Origin: Balanoglossus misakiensis
Taxonomy: Eukaryota; Animalia; Hemichordata
DNA: 64,000 nt
Assembly (NCBI GenBank): GCA_040954595.2
Contig: CM082579.2
Coordinates: 2,782,345 to 2,846,344, forward strand
Direction of reading: 5' to 3'
Part shown: positions 26,408 to 39,830 of the stretch, in pieces
Layout of the letters: the number at the start of each line of letters is the position of its first letter
How positions within the stretch are numbered: the first letter of the stretch is position 1
Notes under the pieces: generated by a model
Database searches by the model: none
Seen by the model: only the letters and a program-made list of their open reading frames with translations
What the model was told of the DNA's origin: nothing
Translations under genes and position numbers: made by a program

Positions 26408-28136
26408 GTAAGTACATTTCTACATCTCTTATTTCATTTCTTTATTTGAATATTATGCACACACTTTCTGTTATTTATCATTTCTACCTTTTTGAAAACA
26501 ACAGGATTGAAAGAATGCTAGTTGTTTAAAAAAAGTAGAAAATGCTAAATAATGGAAAGACATACATGAACATGTCCGTTTTATTCTTTCATAAGCCGTT
26601 TTGAATCCTGTAAAGTGTAGAATTCAAGACCGCTTATGAAAGAACAAAACGTCATTGTGAAACTGGAAAAGAAGCCTTTCAGTCCATTACCATAATGAAG
26701 GTGAATTGGAAGATTTTGTTTTTCTCGGCTAAGGCATTATGACTTATTATCAGGAGCTATTTTAAGGCCTTGTTTTTCACCATTACCCATTACCATAATG
26801 AATAATAGGCAGTTTCACTGTCATTTCATTGACAGAAATGTTATTTTGTTAATGGCTAATTAAGTAACTGCACCGGCAGGATGTTTATATCTCATCAATA
26901 TAATGGAAGGTGTCTCTATACAATGTAGCTTTCAGATGTCTTTGTTCATATTATAATATTTATAGAGTACAGTAGTTTCATCTGTCCATCATTTAGCGAA
27001 ATTAAATTCCATATGGACATAATGAATATTCCTTTGTTATTAAAAGTATTAAAAAGCATTTGGCAGTCATGATACTTTGTGAAGAATTTCCAGGCAGCGT
27101 ATTCTGGTTCGACCGCTAGTGTGTTCCGCATCATCGTTTGACATCATTTTGTCAATAACTGAAGTACCACACAAGTGTGTACTTTTGCTGAGTCTATAGA
27201 ATTCCTGATAAATTAAAAGATCATTTTTGTCCAGTTTAAGTACATGGCTGGTTTTTGAAGCATCACTTGAGGTTTTTGAAATACCAGCCATAACAGGAAG
27301 GTGTGTTCCACAGGATAGTTTTGAAAAAAACAACAACATATCCATGCTTGTTATGGTTTAGAGGGACATTGAGGCTGTTTTTGGTTTACGTAAGTAACTT
27401 ACCCCATGAAACAGAAATAACCCCAAATTATAAAGTTAGATGGTGTCTTCTATTATAAAAAAAAAATATTAAAAGAAATGTAAAATGATATCATCTATTA
27501 TCTTTTTAATGTACTCTGGGTCATTAATCCATACATTGATATAATTGTGTCAGTACATCAATGTGGTAAACGTCCATTTGAGATATATTCACTAGTGTTA
27601 GCGACGACTGGCTAATAGCGTTAATGGTAGTGTTATAATAAATACAGGCAATCAAATACTTCATTGGTACCTGTATTATTAATAATGTATGTATGTTAGA
27701 AATGAAATACTAAGATGATTAAATTATATCCAATTAGTTAGAAATATAATCACTACAGAATACATGCATTATAGTGATACATCATGTACATGGAATCAAT
27801 GTGATATTAAATCAGTTAAGGCATGGTTGGATGTAAATATGTCAAAGTTGAACCTGAAGGGCAATAATGCAACAAACCAATTTTGTGCATATTTATCCTG
27901 CAAATTGAGATTTGAGATTTGTTTGAGCGAAACGATGGGGTAATCAGTGTTAGTAATACAATATTGCATTGCTTAGTATCAGATATACATGTAATGTGAA
28001 TTTATCATCTTTATCTGTGTGGTACTTGTAGTAGGGGTCGGACAGACTACCATGATACTCAAAGGGTCTGGCCAACTGAATTGTTTATTAGATCAAATGA
28101 TTTGGCATCAATTCAGAGCTGGTATGATTTAGTCGT

Positions 28137-28212
28137 TTGCATAATTGTGCATAAAAGACAGACAGAGAGACAGACAGACAGACAGACACTGAGACAGGCA
28201 GACAGAGACAGC
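28137..28212. repeat. Degenerate (GACA)n tetranucleotide microsatellite
   Basis: Directly visible. A shorter one lies at ~18312-18372. Confidence 0.85.
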
Positions 28213-29451
28213 AGCTGATGGTGTACAATTTCATTCAATATATTCAAACATTGGAATACATGTATGGTCCATGCTGAGAGACGAAGATTCTGAGAAGTAT
28301 GCATATATTTACACACGAAAAAAAGAAGTTGATGCACAGGACATAATGAAAGAAATTATTTAGATCATGTCAGTCTCTATCATTTCAACACTAAGTCAAA
28401 GGTGTACAATGCTCAAGGCAAAGGCTGGTTAGTCTCTCTCACTGAGGATGTGGTATTTTCAGAAGGCAAAGAGAAAAACAAATGCCTGCATTCGTTGATG
28501 AGATATGCCGAGTGGTTTTATATTGGCTGGTAAGGCTAACAGAAGCACAATTTAGTGGCCTGTTGAGTATGGTTGTGAGTAGTCTGGCGAGCCCTCAGTC
28601 TTGTAATGGATGTATCATCTGCAGTGACCTTTACGTTGAGGTCAGCTGTACCGACGCACAACTGTAGGCTGGCTTGCTCAGAACCTGTTCCAGTTTGTTA
28701 GGGATTGGCTTCTAATGTCAGGGACGTTCGCATTCTGTAGCAAATGTGGTGTGTTTATGTTGTCATCAGAACCTGTCTGTGAAGTTGAGTTTAGTTGACA
28801 TGCGCACTTGCAAGAGGGAGGACCCCATGGTGTTTGCGGAGGGGTGGGGGCGGGGGGACCCCCATCAATATGCATACATGTACATATATACCTTCACTTT
28901 TGAGTGCTTATCTAGAAATGTGTGTGATTTGTATTCAAGACACACTGCGACAACCCTTCTCAATGGATAGTGTTTCTAAACAGTTTAGATGCAGATCAAC
29001 GGACCAATCATTGCAGCTTTTATCGAGATGCGTGTGGGAGGCTTTAATTCACTTTGATATGATCGCGAACACAGTGCACTCTGTGGGCAACAGTGATTGG
29101 TTGGCTGGTTTAGGAGCTGTCAACGTGTAAATCATACATCCTTGTTACCTAGCCAAAACCCTGTAGTAATAGGTAGGCTTGATACAGGGTTTGTAGTCAA
29201 TTAAATAGCTCCACTTTTCATGGGTGCCTGCGGGCTGTTAGCGTGTGCCATTTTGTGCTAGGCAGTGGTAGTCCGAAATTTTACTCTGGTCACTACATGT
29301 ACATGGCCCACATAAAAAGATATATTGCTTTTATGTTAAATGTGGTACGCACGCTCACTGAACCCAACAACAATAAGTTGTATTTTAGATTTTAGAAAAC
29401 CATTTTACATGATGACAATAGTCAATCGTTTGAATTATAATGGTTATTACC

Positions 29452-29545
29452 ATGGTGATAAGGATGAAAATGATGAGGATGACAATCACCACCATCACTA
29501 TTGTTGTCATCATCATCATCATCATCATCATCTCCATCATTACCA
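29452..29545. repeat. Degenerate (GAT)n followed by (CAT/CAC)n trinucleotide repeats
   Basis: Directly visible. It generates the spurious His-, Met- and Ile-rich ORFs in the track. Confidence 0.85.
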
Positions 29546-32500
29546 ATCGTTTCTGTTGCCATGGTTTCACCACAGTTACCATTGTGTATTTAGTGCACCA
29601 AATCACACCACTTAAAGCACACCACAGCACTTTTCAGCTGTCATTATCGGTATATTCCCACTGATCAGTTCACAAAATAATCGGTGACCGCACAGCGGCA
29701 ACGTTACAAATTTGTAGTCTTCTGCTTTTGAGGCGGCGCTTGGGATCTGAAAGGGAGACTTTCGCACACAGAGCTTCTATCACGCTGTGCAAAATTGTCT
29801 CGGACGCAGGAGACTGACATTGATTACGCTAAAAATTTCATTCACTTAAAAAGCTCGACAAGCACTTCATGCAGGAATATGAATTCATCATGGCCCTGAT
29901 TCGTATTACAAATTGGAAGCATCAACATTGATCATCCAGGTTGGATTGTCATGTGATTTTCCTCGACTGAAAAGAAATTGAAAGATGTGGTGAGTCCCCC
30001 CACTGTGTATTGTAATTGATGAAATTGCCTCCGAAGTAGACCAGGCTTGATCAAGATTCACTGGACTGAACCATGGTTTCCTGACCTGTATTTCACAGAT
30101 ATTAATTTGTCCCAAACTTGTACGGCTCATGACTTGGCTTTGAGTAGCAGAAAGGGCTGCAAATCATACAAGTCTCCAGGCCTGAACTGTGATTTGTAAA
30201 GGACACCATTTTTTATATTCTAGACTCTTACTTTGAACTGTTGTCCCAATACCCCTGAGGCTTGAATTGAAGAGAAACAAGCAGATTTATAAGACTGAGT
30301 GTCACCATGAGGTCTCGAGTTAATTTGCATCTGATTAGCATATAACTGGCTATTGAACTGAGGTGGACCAGGAATGGTTAGATGTAAACCTCATTTATTC
30401 TCAGTTTCCAGACCAGCCACCAACAGAGAAGACAGCTTCACAGAACAGGAACTCGTGTGCGCGAGTTTATCTCAGCTCCGTTGTGTATTGAGAAATTGAA
30501 GGACATGGGAATGGGGTGCCTCCGTCCTGTGCCAAAAATAAACAATGCGTTCATTAGAAAGTGTATGGTGAAAGACAGAAAACGGTTTGTGTTGTTGTTG
30601 TAAGTTTTGAATGGAGGCTCACACCGAGTGGAAAAACTTGTCAAATATTTTGTCAAGTATTTCGCGGCTTTTTGCGAAAGTGCAAGTGAGAGAAGTGACT
30701 TGGTGTGAAATTTTTGGGCGATGAGACAACTTCAGAAGCTGTGGCATTGTTACTCACATTAAACACGTTTCTGTCAACTGTCTTGGTCAAGTCAAAAAGT
30801 TTAACTTTACAATTTCAAGGTGACCCTTTCTCCAACATGATTTGGTCCAAATCTGTTGTTTTCTATGGTGGAGTTGGACCGATCTACAGAGGAAGATGGG
30901 GGTGAAAGGGTTCAGCTACATGTATCAAAGATGACTGTCTTCATAGTTACTTAGCGTGGTTGCTTGAGTAAAGATTTGGCAAGGTTGAATAGACCCATGC
31001 GATGGAATCACTGCTGACTCATTTACAAAGATCCTTAAGCAAGCACAGCTGATCTGCTAAATCCTGCCCTGTTGACATTGTGCCTTTGACCTTCCTGGAG
31101 AGTTTTTACACTTGCCTGTTAGGCCAAGTTGAGTATTATTTAATATCAGCCTGCAAATCCCAGATTTTTGAGGCAAACAGAAGACTGTTGTACGCCACTT
31201 GACAGGTGCAGTGTGCAAATTTGCGTAGACACCCCATGTGAATGCATGCTCGAACATGGCAGTGTTTTCCAAATAGCTGACATTGTGACGATGCCATAAA
31301 AAATTGGACTCAGCACAAGAATATGTGGGGTATTCGTGAGACTGATTTGACCCGGTAAAAACGTCAGTTTTGCAACATTTCTCCCCAAGTGGATATCAGT
31401 GACTGGAAATGCTGCTGACGGACAGGTGCATTTAATGTGGAGGGATCCCAACAGCTTGGAGAGTTGCGTCGACCTTTGATCTCTGACGCCGGCAAATGGC
31501 TGGACAGGTGCCGATGTCATTTTTCCCCCTGAGTACATTTGTAGAAGTCATGTGGCTTCAATGACTGGGAAATAATATGAAGTGACACTCCCAGGGTCCA
31601 TACACATTGCAACGTAGTGACCCCCTCCTCCAGGTCTGTGTAAAATGCATTTGTAGGATGCCATTAAATTTTGCATAATCCCTTATGGGTTATTTTACTT
31701 TATTCAGAGTTATCATGTAACATTTCAATCTCAGATCCTTTGTTTTATACAATCTGAATAAGATACATGTAATTGCAAATACAATCTGATTGAAAAACAC
31801 CACTGAATGATGCTTGTGGCTTCCTGCTAATTTGAGTGTTCTGATTGGTTCTTGTCTTTAGAAGTGTTTGTAAATGCTCTCTCTCCTCCAGTCATGCTGC
31901 TCAGTGGTGCATCCATCCATTGTGCCGGTGTACCCCATCTTTACCTGATGCGTATCCGTGACGGACTCCGCCCTGCAGGCCTGGCTGCGAGCCTTACTCC
32001 GATTACTGTATCAATAAAAATGTTAATAAGATGTATTGTTTATTTTAGACTGTTGTACATCTGTCTCGGATCATATAATTCATGGCGGAGTATGTGAAAA
32101 AAATGTTTGCTGACAAAAAAAATCTCTGAGCTGGGTTTTGCCCCAAAGGGCTGTCTGGTAATTGATACTTGTAAAAGTTGCCCATGTAAATGAGTTGTAT
32201 TAGGCAGTAATGGGTGAAGAGTGTGGCTTCCTGACCTTCCTGAGTGGCACAATTATATCTGCGATAAAAGTTCTCCGGTTTGTGACAGTTGATGTTCTCA
32301 ACGTGATAGTTTTCGGAAGAAAAGAAGGTGTATATGTACGTAGGTACTAGGTTCCGTTATGTCTGACCCCTGGTGGTGGAGGTCTGTCAGGGGAGTGGAG
32401 AAATGGGATGGCAGGCAGATTTAATACCGTAATACCTGTAACCTGAATATTGTTTTGCATTCTTTGGCAACTTAACAGCATTTCTAAGGTGCAGTGATAT

Positions 32501-32804
32501 GTGTTTATTCTACAAGAGGGTGGCTTACTTTGACAACTGACACTTTGGGTATGTATGTGTGTACCTTTAGGAAGATTTGTTGGCAAAGGTTGTGTTTGTT
32601 TTACAGAATTATATTTAAATCCCCTTTCCTATAAGAAACTTGTTAGAAACTTATAAAAAATAAGAAACTTTAAAGAGAGGGGGGGGGGGGGGGATAAAAA
32701 AAAAAATTTTGTGTCAGCCTGATGAAAAATATTTTTTTTAATTCATCCATAGCAAATGCATGGCCATGAAATTGTATTTCTCAGAAAGAAAATCCATGGC
32801 CATG

Positions 32805-32877
32805 TCCAGGTCTGGGAATTGAACCCAGGACCCTCCAAATTGTGAGGCCTGTACCCTGACCACTAGGCCACAGTGCC
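32805..32877 (-). mobile_element. tRNA-derived SINE head or tRNA pseudogene fragment
   Basis: Minus strand reads GGCACTG-TGGCCTAGTGG(A box)-TCAGGGTACAGGCCTCACAATTTGGAGGGTCCTG-GGTTCAATTCC(B box)-CAGACC. Pol III box spacing is tRNA-like and the T-arm pairs, but the acceptor and anticodon stems do not, so it is not an intact tRNA. Confidence 0.7.
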
Positions 32878-35800
32878 TTCTTGGCTAAGAGAAAGTAATC
32901 CTGTCGTGACTTTTTTTTCTTACGCTTCATTTGCACATCATGTCAAGTATGCATCATATTCACATGGCTAGAAATTCTGCATACTTCTTTATTTACTTTG
33001 TGTATTGCAAAATCCTAAATATGACAGACTAGAATACCATAAGAGATTAATTTATTGGCTGCCATATTATGCAAATCAGTCAAATGACTTCCCTCGACCA
33101 ATCTTTGTAGTCAGTTGCCAAATTTATGCAAGTCAGTCATGTGACTTTTTCAACCAATCACAGTGTGATTATTCACAAAATATTGTAGCTTACAAGTGTC
33201 TTTGTGTAGGAAACACTGGGCTTATAGCCAATAGTGCTGAGCTGACAGTACATCGTGTATAATAATTGATTAAAAGTCAATCAATCAGATTTTCACCCCT
33301 GATCATCTGAATCACATGGCATGTTCTTCTCTCCATAAAGGGAATGTCTGAATTAAACCAGAGCTTGGATGGTGTAGATGACTTGGCCCACTCACTGTCT
33401 CTCCACCAAATTTTATGGAATGCCAGTGGCCCACTGAAAGGCTGCGTTGCAGTAGTTTCAGATGAAATTATATACAGTGCACAACCTTTTAAAAAAAGTG
33501 CAGGGAATCTAATGACTGTCTTTTCACATGTAGTGTGATCTTGACTGTTATGAGTTTACATTTACTGCCCCATTATTGCCCTGGTCATTGGTTATTTGCC
33601 AAAATTGTGTTAACCCATTAGGTCTGGCTTGACAGTGTTGATGAATCGATAAAATATAATCAAAACAACCCACAGCACTCTATTTCGACGCTGATGGGAA
33701 CCCTATATCATGATAGTATACATGTATGTCTCAAAAGGTTGGTCAGTTCATAGTTCTGCACAAAAGTCTGGTTGGTGAAAATTCGAGAAAAGAGACTGAA
33801 CGGCCGAAGGGTTTTCTTCAAAAAAGTGTAGACTTCCACTTTTTCATTTCTCCGGGTCTAGGATAACCCTTCAAAGTGCTTTGACAGGTCAGCATTTTCC
33901 TGAAATTCAAACTCCGGCAGAGGCACTGGAACAAAAAAAATCCCAAAGAACACCCCACATTGATTTACCTCAAAGGGAATGAAGAATGCTGTGTACACAT
34001 GAAACCAGAAGTTGTTTATATGCAAATGATCACGTGTCGCTGTGAAAAACAGAGATTAATCAAGGTGAAGAAAAAGCTTGGATCCGGCGATCGGTGTGTG
34101 CCAAGTTTTGTTGGCGGATGATTGTCGTAGATGTTTATACTTTGAAATCTCTTTGAAGGCTGGTTCGATTGCGCAGATCAGATCTTACTTCACCAGACAC
34201 TGCAATACATCAGGCATTTATAATCAATGATACCTTTACAGATTGGTGGAAAGAAAAGATTCCAAGCCAATCTCTGATTGTAAAGGCACACTGGCTAGAA
34301 CATGTGAGGACATGTGCGATCAATTAGCTTCACTGAAAGGTGTAATTGTTCGCGGCATTTAAACACATTATTGTATGAATGTAAATGCCATAACTGTATC
34401 AGTGAGATGTTTTGCTCTTCGTCCATTCAAATTGTAGCTTGTGTGTGAATGTACCATGAAGCATAAACAGCAGCCAGTAGCCCTGTAATGATCGACAACC
34501 CCATTTATATCTTTAATAAAAGTTTTATCACACACATCTTAAAAAAACCAACATGAATTTTTATGAAGTCATTAATTACTTGCTAAATGCCGATTCACCC
34601 ACTATGAGTGTGTCGGAAATAAGGTCCCGCCTCCCTTTTTGTATGGTTTCGGTCTCATAAAATATGGAAATTTATCTGGGAATATGAAAGGAACCCTGAC
34701 AGATACCATGCATAATTTAACGATAAATGTGTTTGATGCAGGTTGCGTGATACTTGGCGGCATATGAATCAATTATCAGCGATGTACACACGTACATACA
34801 TGACTAGCCATCGTCTGTTTGGTTTTTATTGTTTTGACAGTTCACTGTTACATGGCATTTTGGACATATTTATGTCTAGCATATTGCCAGTAACGCTGCC
34901 ACCCTTCTCTGTATTGTGCATGCGGAGATGAAATCCGAAAGTCTCGTTACCCATAACACAACACACACAGCCATTTGAAACACAAGCTCTGAAAAACAAG
35001 AAACCTATATCCTGTCTGCTTGCTTGTAGCCATCCCTCCCTGTTTAACCCAAACCTGTCAAAAACAACAAGAGTGAATGTGGACATTTGTTGTGTTTGCT
35101 AATTGTGTGTTTATTTGTTTGTGTATTCTACCAATTATACAACCATAAGTGGCTGCTGTTTTATTTGTTTGCGCATTAAATTTCTCTTGATTAATTTTGA
35201 AAAGGAATGTTTGTTTCATTTTGTTCATTGAAAGTAATACTTAGGATAGTCGTACATGTGTGTGTGCCATACTGTATCCTATAGCCATATTTATGAGTTA
35301 AATCACATTATGCAGGAGGGCCATTTTTTACTCCTGATTGGTTGTGTACTTGGAGCTAGTGACGTACATTGTATTTGTGCTGTTGAAACAGATTCAGTTT
35401 AAAGAATGGCTGCTGAAATAGCTGGTGGGCTCATTATGGGCAACATTTCTGCTTGAAAGGCCATGAGTTTAACTGAGAAGACCACACAAATGGGCGTACA
35501 GACTGGTGTGTAGAATTTGTTCTGACTGATATTTTCTGAATTTCTGCAGTTGTTTTGGAAACACTTTCCTTTGGTTTAGACATGCCACACTTTTCTTCCG
35601 GTGACGTTGAAGCCAAGACGTCAATCGGAAAATCGGTTCGCTTGTTTGCGGAGGTCATTTGGTGGTCACGGAAGAATTTGATAGGATGGAGCTGTAGCCG
35701 TGCTTGTTTGTGAGCGTTTGGCGGCCTCGGGGCAGACTGTAGCCAGATGCAAGTCCCGGAGAATGTAATAGGGAGAGATTAGGGCAAAGTGAAGAAGACA

Positions 35801-38406
35801 ATCGTCTAAAGTGTGTTTAGAAGACAAAGATGCAGTGGTCACTACCTCCCCCTGTAGTGTCGCCATGGCGCATATTGTGCGGCCAATTAGGCCAAATTAA
35901 ATAACCAAAGCTAAGGGGTATCTCTGTGTTGATTGTGGAACTTGATAGAGCTCGGGGGTTGCTTTTGTGTTCCCAATGAAAACAAGATATACACAGGGAA
36001 AGTGCCAGCCATATTTTGATGTTTGTCCAAGGTACATTGTGGAGAGGTTCTTTTTTTTTCGAGAGGGGTGGAGGGGGTTTCAACAATGGTTGATGGAAGG
36101 CAGCCTACCTACACAATGCTTGGGGAATGTTACTCGTATTGGCGCGATTCTCATCTTTTTTTTCTGGAAATGTTTGAATTAAGTGCTAATAAAACATTCA
36201 TTGTGAAGAAACAACATCGCTGGAATTTGGATTGGATAAGTCTTGCGATTGCAACCTCTGTCTCAAACATTTTAGAAACCTTTGCAGAATGGTTTGAACG
36301 CAATGAACTTGTGGGGGGGGGGGGGGAAACGTTTTGCTGGTTTAGTCACTCACATCTTGTGTGATTTTCAGACACTGGAAAAATCTGCTCTGAAACGTAA
36401 ATTGAGATTGTGTCAGTCATGAAACTATGGTGAAACTGAGACAAGTTAAGGTTGGATTTGTCGTGTCTGATTGCAATAGACTGGGACACGTTTCAGCTGT
36501 TGGTTTAACACTCAGCGACAGTTTGATGTTAGGGTTTTTGTGTTTGTGTGACATTTCTTCTGTTGTTCGGCTGCACAAACAAGAACAAAATGTTAGTCTC
36601 CCAGTTGGCCGGGCTCAATAATAGTAGAGACTTGTTATTATCGATGATAGCTGTTCCTCAGTGGTCTGTATTTTTCCACGGGAGTGCAGTGTGTACGCCG
36701 TAGTCTTCAAGTATAGCAACAGACAAGTGGTGACTTTTATACAGAGATGAAACAGAGATGATCTCTGCCAATGTCAATATGACACAACCCCACTTAAAGT
36801 TTTTCCCATGCAGAGAGTTTGAACTTGTGATAGCCACAGCTTGTCTACAGTAGGAGACACTTCTGACAGAATTTATCAGATCCAAACTATCACTGTGGTC
36901 CAAATATATTTTGTGAGAAACTGAGTATTAAAACTTTCTTCACATCGGGATTTTGAAACATGGATCTGCAAGACACAAGCCAGCAGGCTAATTTTAATAT
37001 CTTCGGTACGGTGAGAGAACTCCTCAAAATATTAATGGGACTCTCTAAAATTACTGTGTTGAAATCAAGTTTCGGTCCGGAAGTAGTACAGAGCCAACTT
37101 CTCATACCAGGCATTTTGTTTGCGATGATCAGAGATTGCACAATTGGTGTGTACGCACGTCTTAGTGACTGTACTTCAGGCATGCAGGTTATTACGCGAC
37201 CTTGATAAACCAGGAGTAGAAATCTGCGTCTGTGCAGATGTGCTTCAGAGATTTTTCCCCAACGACTTCGGCCGCATGAAATAACAAACAGAAGCACAGA
37301 AGGATAGCGCAGGGTTATTTGAGAAAGTCGGTATTTACAAAATCCAGGGAGCGTGATAAAAATCAGGTGTGTTTTCCACTCGTCTGGTGTGACCTTCGCT
37401 GAATTCTTGGCATTTTATTAGAAAGGATATGCTGGTGGACTGGCCTCGCTTGGAATGGAGAGAGGAGTGTCTTCATATCTTGTGAACGAAATAGGAACTG
37501 GCTTATATTTATTCAAAGGAAAAAAAAATCACCAGTTGACTAAATCAAGGCAAATATCAAACTATCTCCAGTAGATATATTGGTGCGTAAAATACATAAA
37601 ACTGACTATGTCAATTTTCAGAACACCAAAACCATCATTGGTCACGTATTCAGTGAGATCCTTTTGCATTCAATGCTTTACCGCCGAAATTTCTCATGTA
37701 AATGTTTTCGCACGTGTATGGATTTCTAATTCGTCTGAATTTGTTGTGGACAGTTCAGAATTTCACAGCTACTTACGAACACCTGGGTCTAAATCTATGA
37801 AGGAAACGAAAAAAACAAATTATAAAAAGAAAATGTCTCAGCTGTACAGTGGGTTTGAGGGTTTCAAATCAAGTGTTTATCACAGGCCATAAGAAATACC
37901 TTGAAGCCATATAGGGAAAGACATGTACAAATAAGACAATGGCCCAGTAGTTGTTTTTTTCACGTCGAGCCCCGGAGAAAATGTGTTTTTCAGTGAGTGA
38001 AAATCCAGGTTACAAGGATAAAGGATTGATGAAAAAAGCGTTAGTGTAATCCCCTGTTTGTGCAGTTAAGATGGGTAGGCCCACTTCACAATACCTTATA
38101 TCGTCTTTACTACATATTTTTCCCATTACCTTTATGTTCTGGACCCAAATCCGTGGAATGTTTCGAGTGGGTTATTTTTTATCTCCCATTTCCATCAATT
38201 GTGGCATCTTGTGCGGAGACATCAAAGGCATACACTTTCATGACGTACAGCGCATTCGACATGTTTGAAGTGCAATGTGGTGATATCGAGGGGGTCTTGG
38301 CATTGACTGGTGTGATTGTTGTAGACCCATATCTGCCGGTCTCACTTCTCAACTATTTGCGAAAAAAAAGACAGCCGTGGATTGATTCTTGAACCCGCTA
38401 TTTCCG

Positions 38407-38426
38407 ACACACACACACACACACAC
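38407..38426. repeat. (AC)10 microsatellite
   Basis: Directly visible. Confidence 0.9.
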
Positions 38427-39694
38427 GCCCCTCCTCAAATACGTTGTTCTGCAAAGGACTGAAGATTCTGAAATGTGTTGCCGGGCTTTGATGTGGGTTT
38501 TAACACACCTCATCAATTGGCGCGCGGAGACCGTTGAATAGCGCTATCAATCGACTATACAGGCGGAATATTTACTTTTCCGATGCCAAGAATCCTAATA
38601 GTGGGCTTTTCTCTGGTTAGTGACCCCAGCTTGAGGTGATTAAAAGCAGGTGGAAAAAAATACACAGCCACAAACAATCGGCTGGAAGGTATTAGGTGAC
38701 TGGGCTGTCCATTGTGTTTAATAGTTCTCCCATCTTCTGGCAGTAAAATTTCAAGAGATAATCCCCTCGTGCCGGCTTGCAGAAACCGCCCAGGGTACAA
38801 TTATACACCTAGCCGGCAGTTCACCCAGTGACTCTCTTTCGACTCTGACAAGTTGTTGAGAAGCTATTACCGATCGGTTAATGAATCGCCAGGCAGGGAG
38901 GCGAGAGAAAGAAATGATGCAGTCTTTGGATCGACGTTCACCGGAAGCGATCGAGGGAATACCTCAGTCGGCTTGTTTGTTAGGAACTGAGGGAGGTGTT
39001 TTTTTACAGTTGCGTTCTCGGTGATATATTGGCCATAACAACATTTTGTGTCGTATACCAGATTGACTCGTGCACTCTCATGATAAATTGATGTAAAGAT
39101 GTATAATATTTCAGCTAATATTACAGTACATTGCAACTGTTTTAATGATTTCACTGTGTTTTGCCTGAGGCAAATTTTAGTTTTCTGGATTTTGTGTTCA
39201 TATTTTTAATGACTAAAGTTTAACATTACCTTCAGTGTGTCTTGTTTGCAGGTAAGACAAAATGTCTTTAAAATGTCTTAAAAGATAGTTTGGTCATTCC
39301 AGCATTTGATTCACAAATTGTGATTGGTATTTATGTTTTGTACTGAACTGTTGCTTCTCCTTTTATATGACATTGCTTCCTGTCAGTGCATTTGTACATC
39401 CCCGTGGTAACGCATTTCAAAAACAATCGAGCAGGTTATGTGGACAGTTAGCAACCATGGAAACGGATCCACCGGATGTAAATGAAAGCAAACCTATCAT
39501 CTGAATAATTGTAGGGTGGCATGGGATTTCAGGATATCATTGGTAAAAGTGACATTGAAGGTTTAAAAAGTTCTGGGAAATCCTTGGCTCCAGGATGCGA
39601 CGTCAGCTGATTAGGGAGAAACAGTGAGACAAATGGACTCATGGGAAGGACTTCAGGAAGGGCAGAATCTTCTGCAACTCTCTCACGATAGATG

Positions 39695-39830
39695 AACAGA
39701 ATTGAGGGACATGACACATGGGATCATTGGACATGAATGGGATTGTGGGACATTGGCACTTGATGAATAGGATTGTGGGATATGAATGGATTATTGGACG
39801 GATTAAATGAATTATGGGATGTATAATAAA
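39695..39830. repeat. Degenerate minisatellite with a unit resembling GAATGGGATTGTGGGACAT
   Basis: Recurring atgaatgggattgtgggacat / atgaataggattgtgggatat / atgaatggattattggac / atgaattatgggat units. Confidence 0.65.

Noticed and set aside
26408-26449. Hydrophobic C-terminal tail VSTFLHLLFHFFI of the 1231-aa ORF
   Set aside because: Read-through into the intron after a consensus GTAAGT donor; not considered part of the main protein.
29340-29664. His-rich and Met-rich ORFs
   Set aside because: Produced by CAT/GAT microsatellites.
32805-32877. Possible functional tRNA gene (CAC at the anticodon-like position)
   Set aside because: Acceptor and anticodon stems do not pair; treated as a SINE head or pseudogene.
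39695-39830. Repeat array considered as CRISPR-like
   Set aside because: Units are degenerate and contiguous with no unique spacers, there are no cas genes, and the context is a eukaryotic intron.
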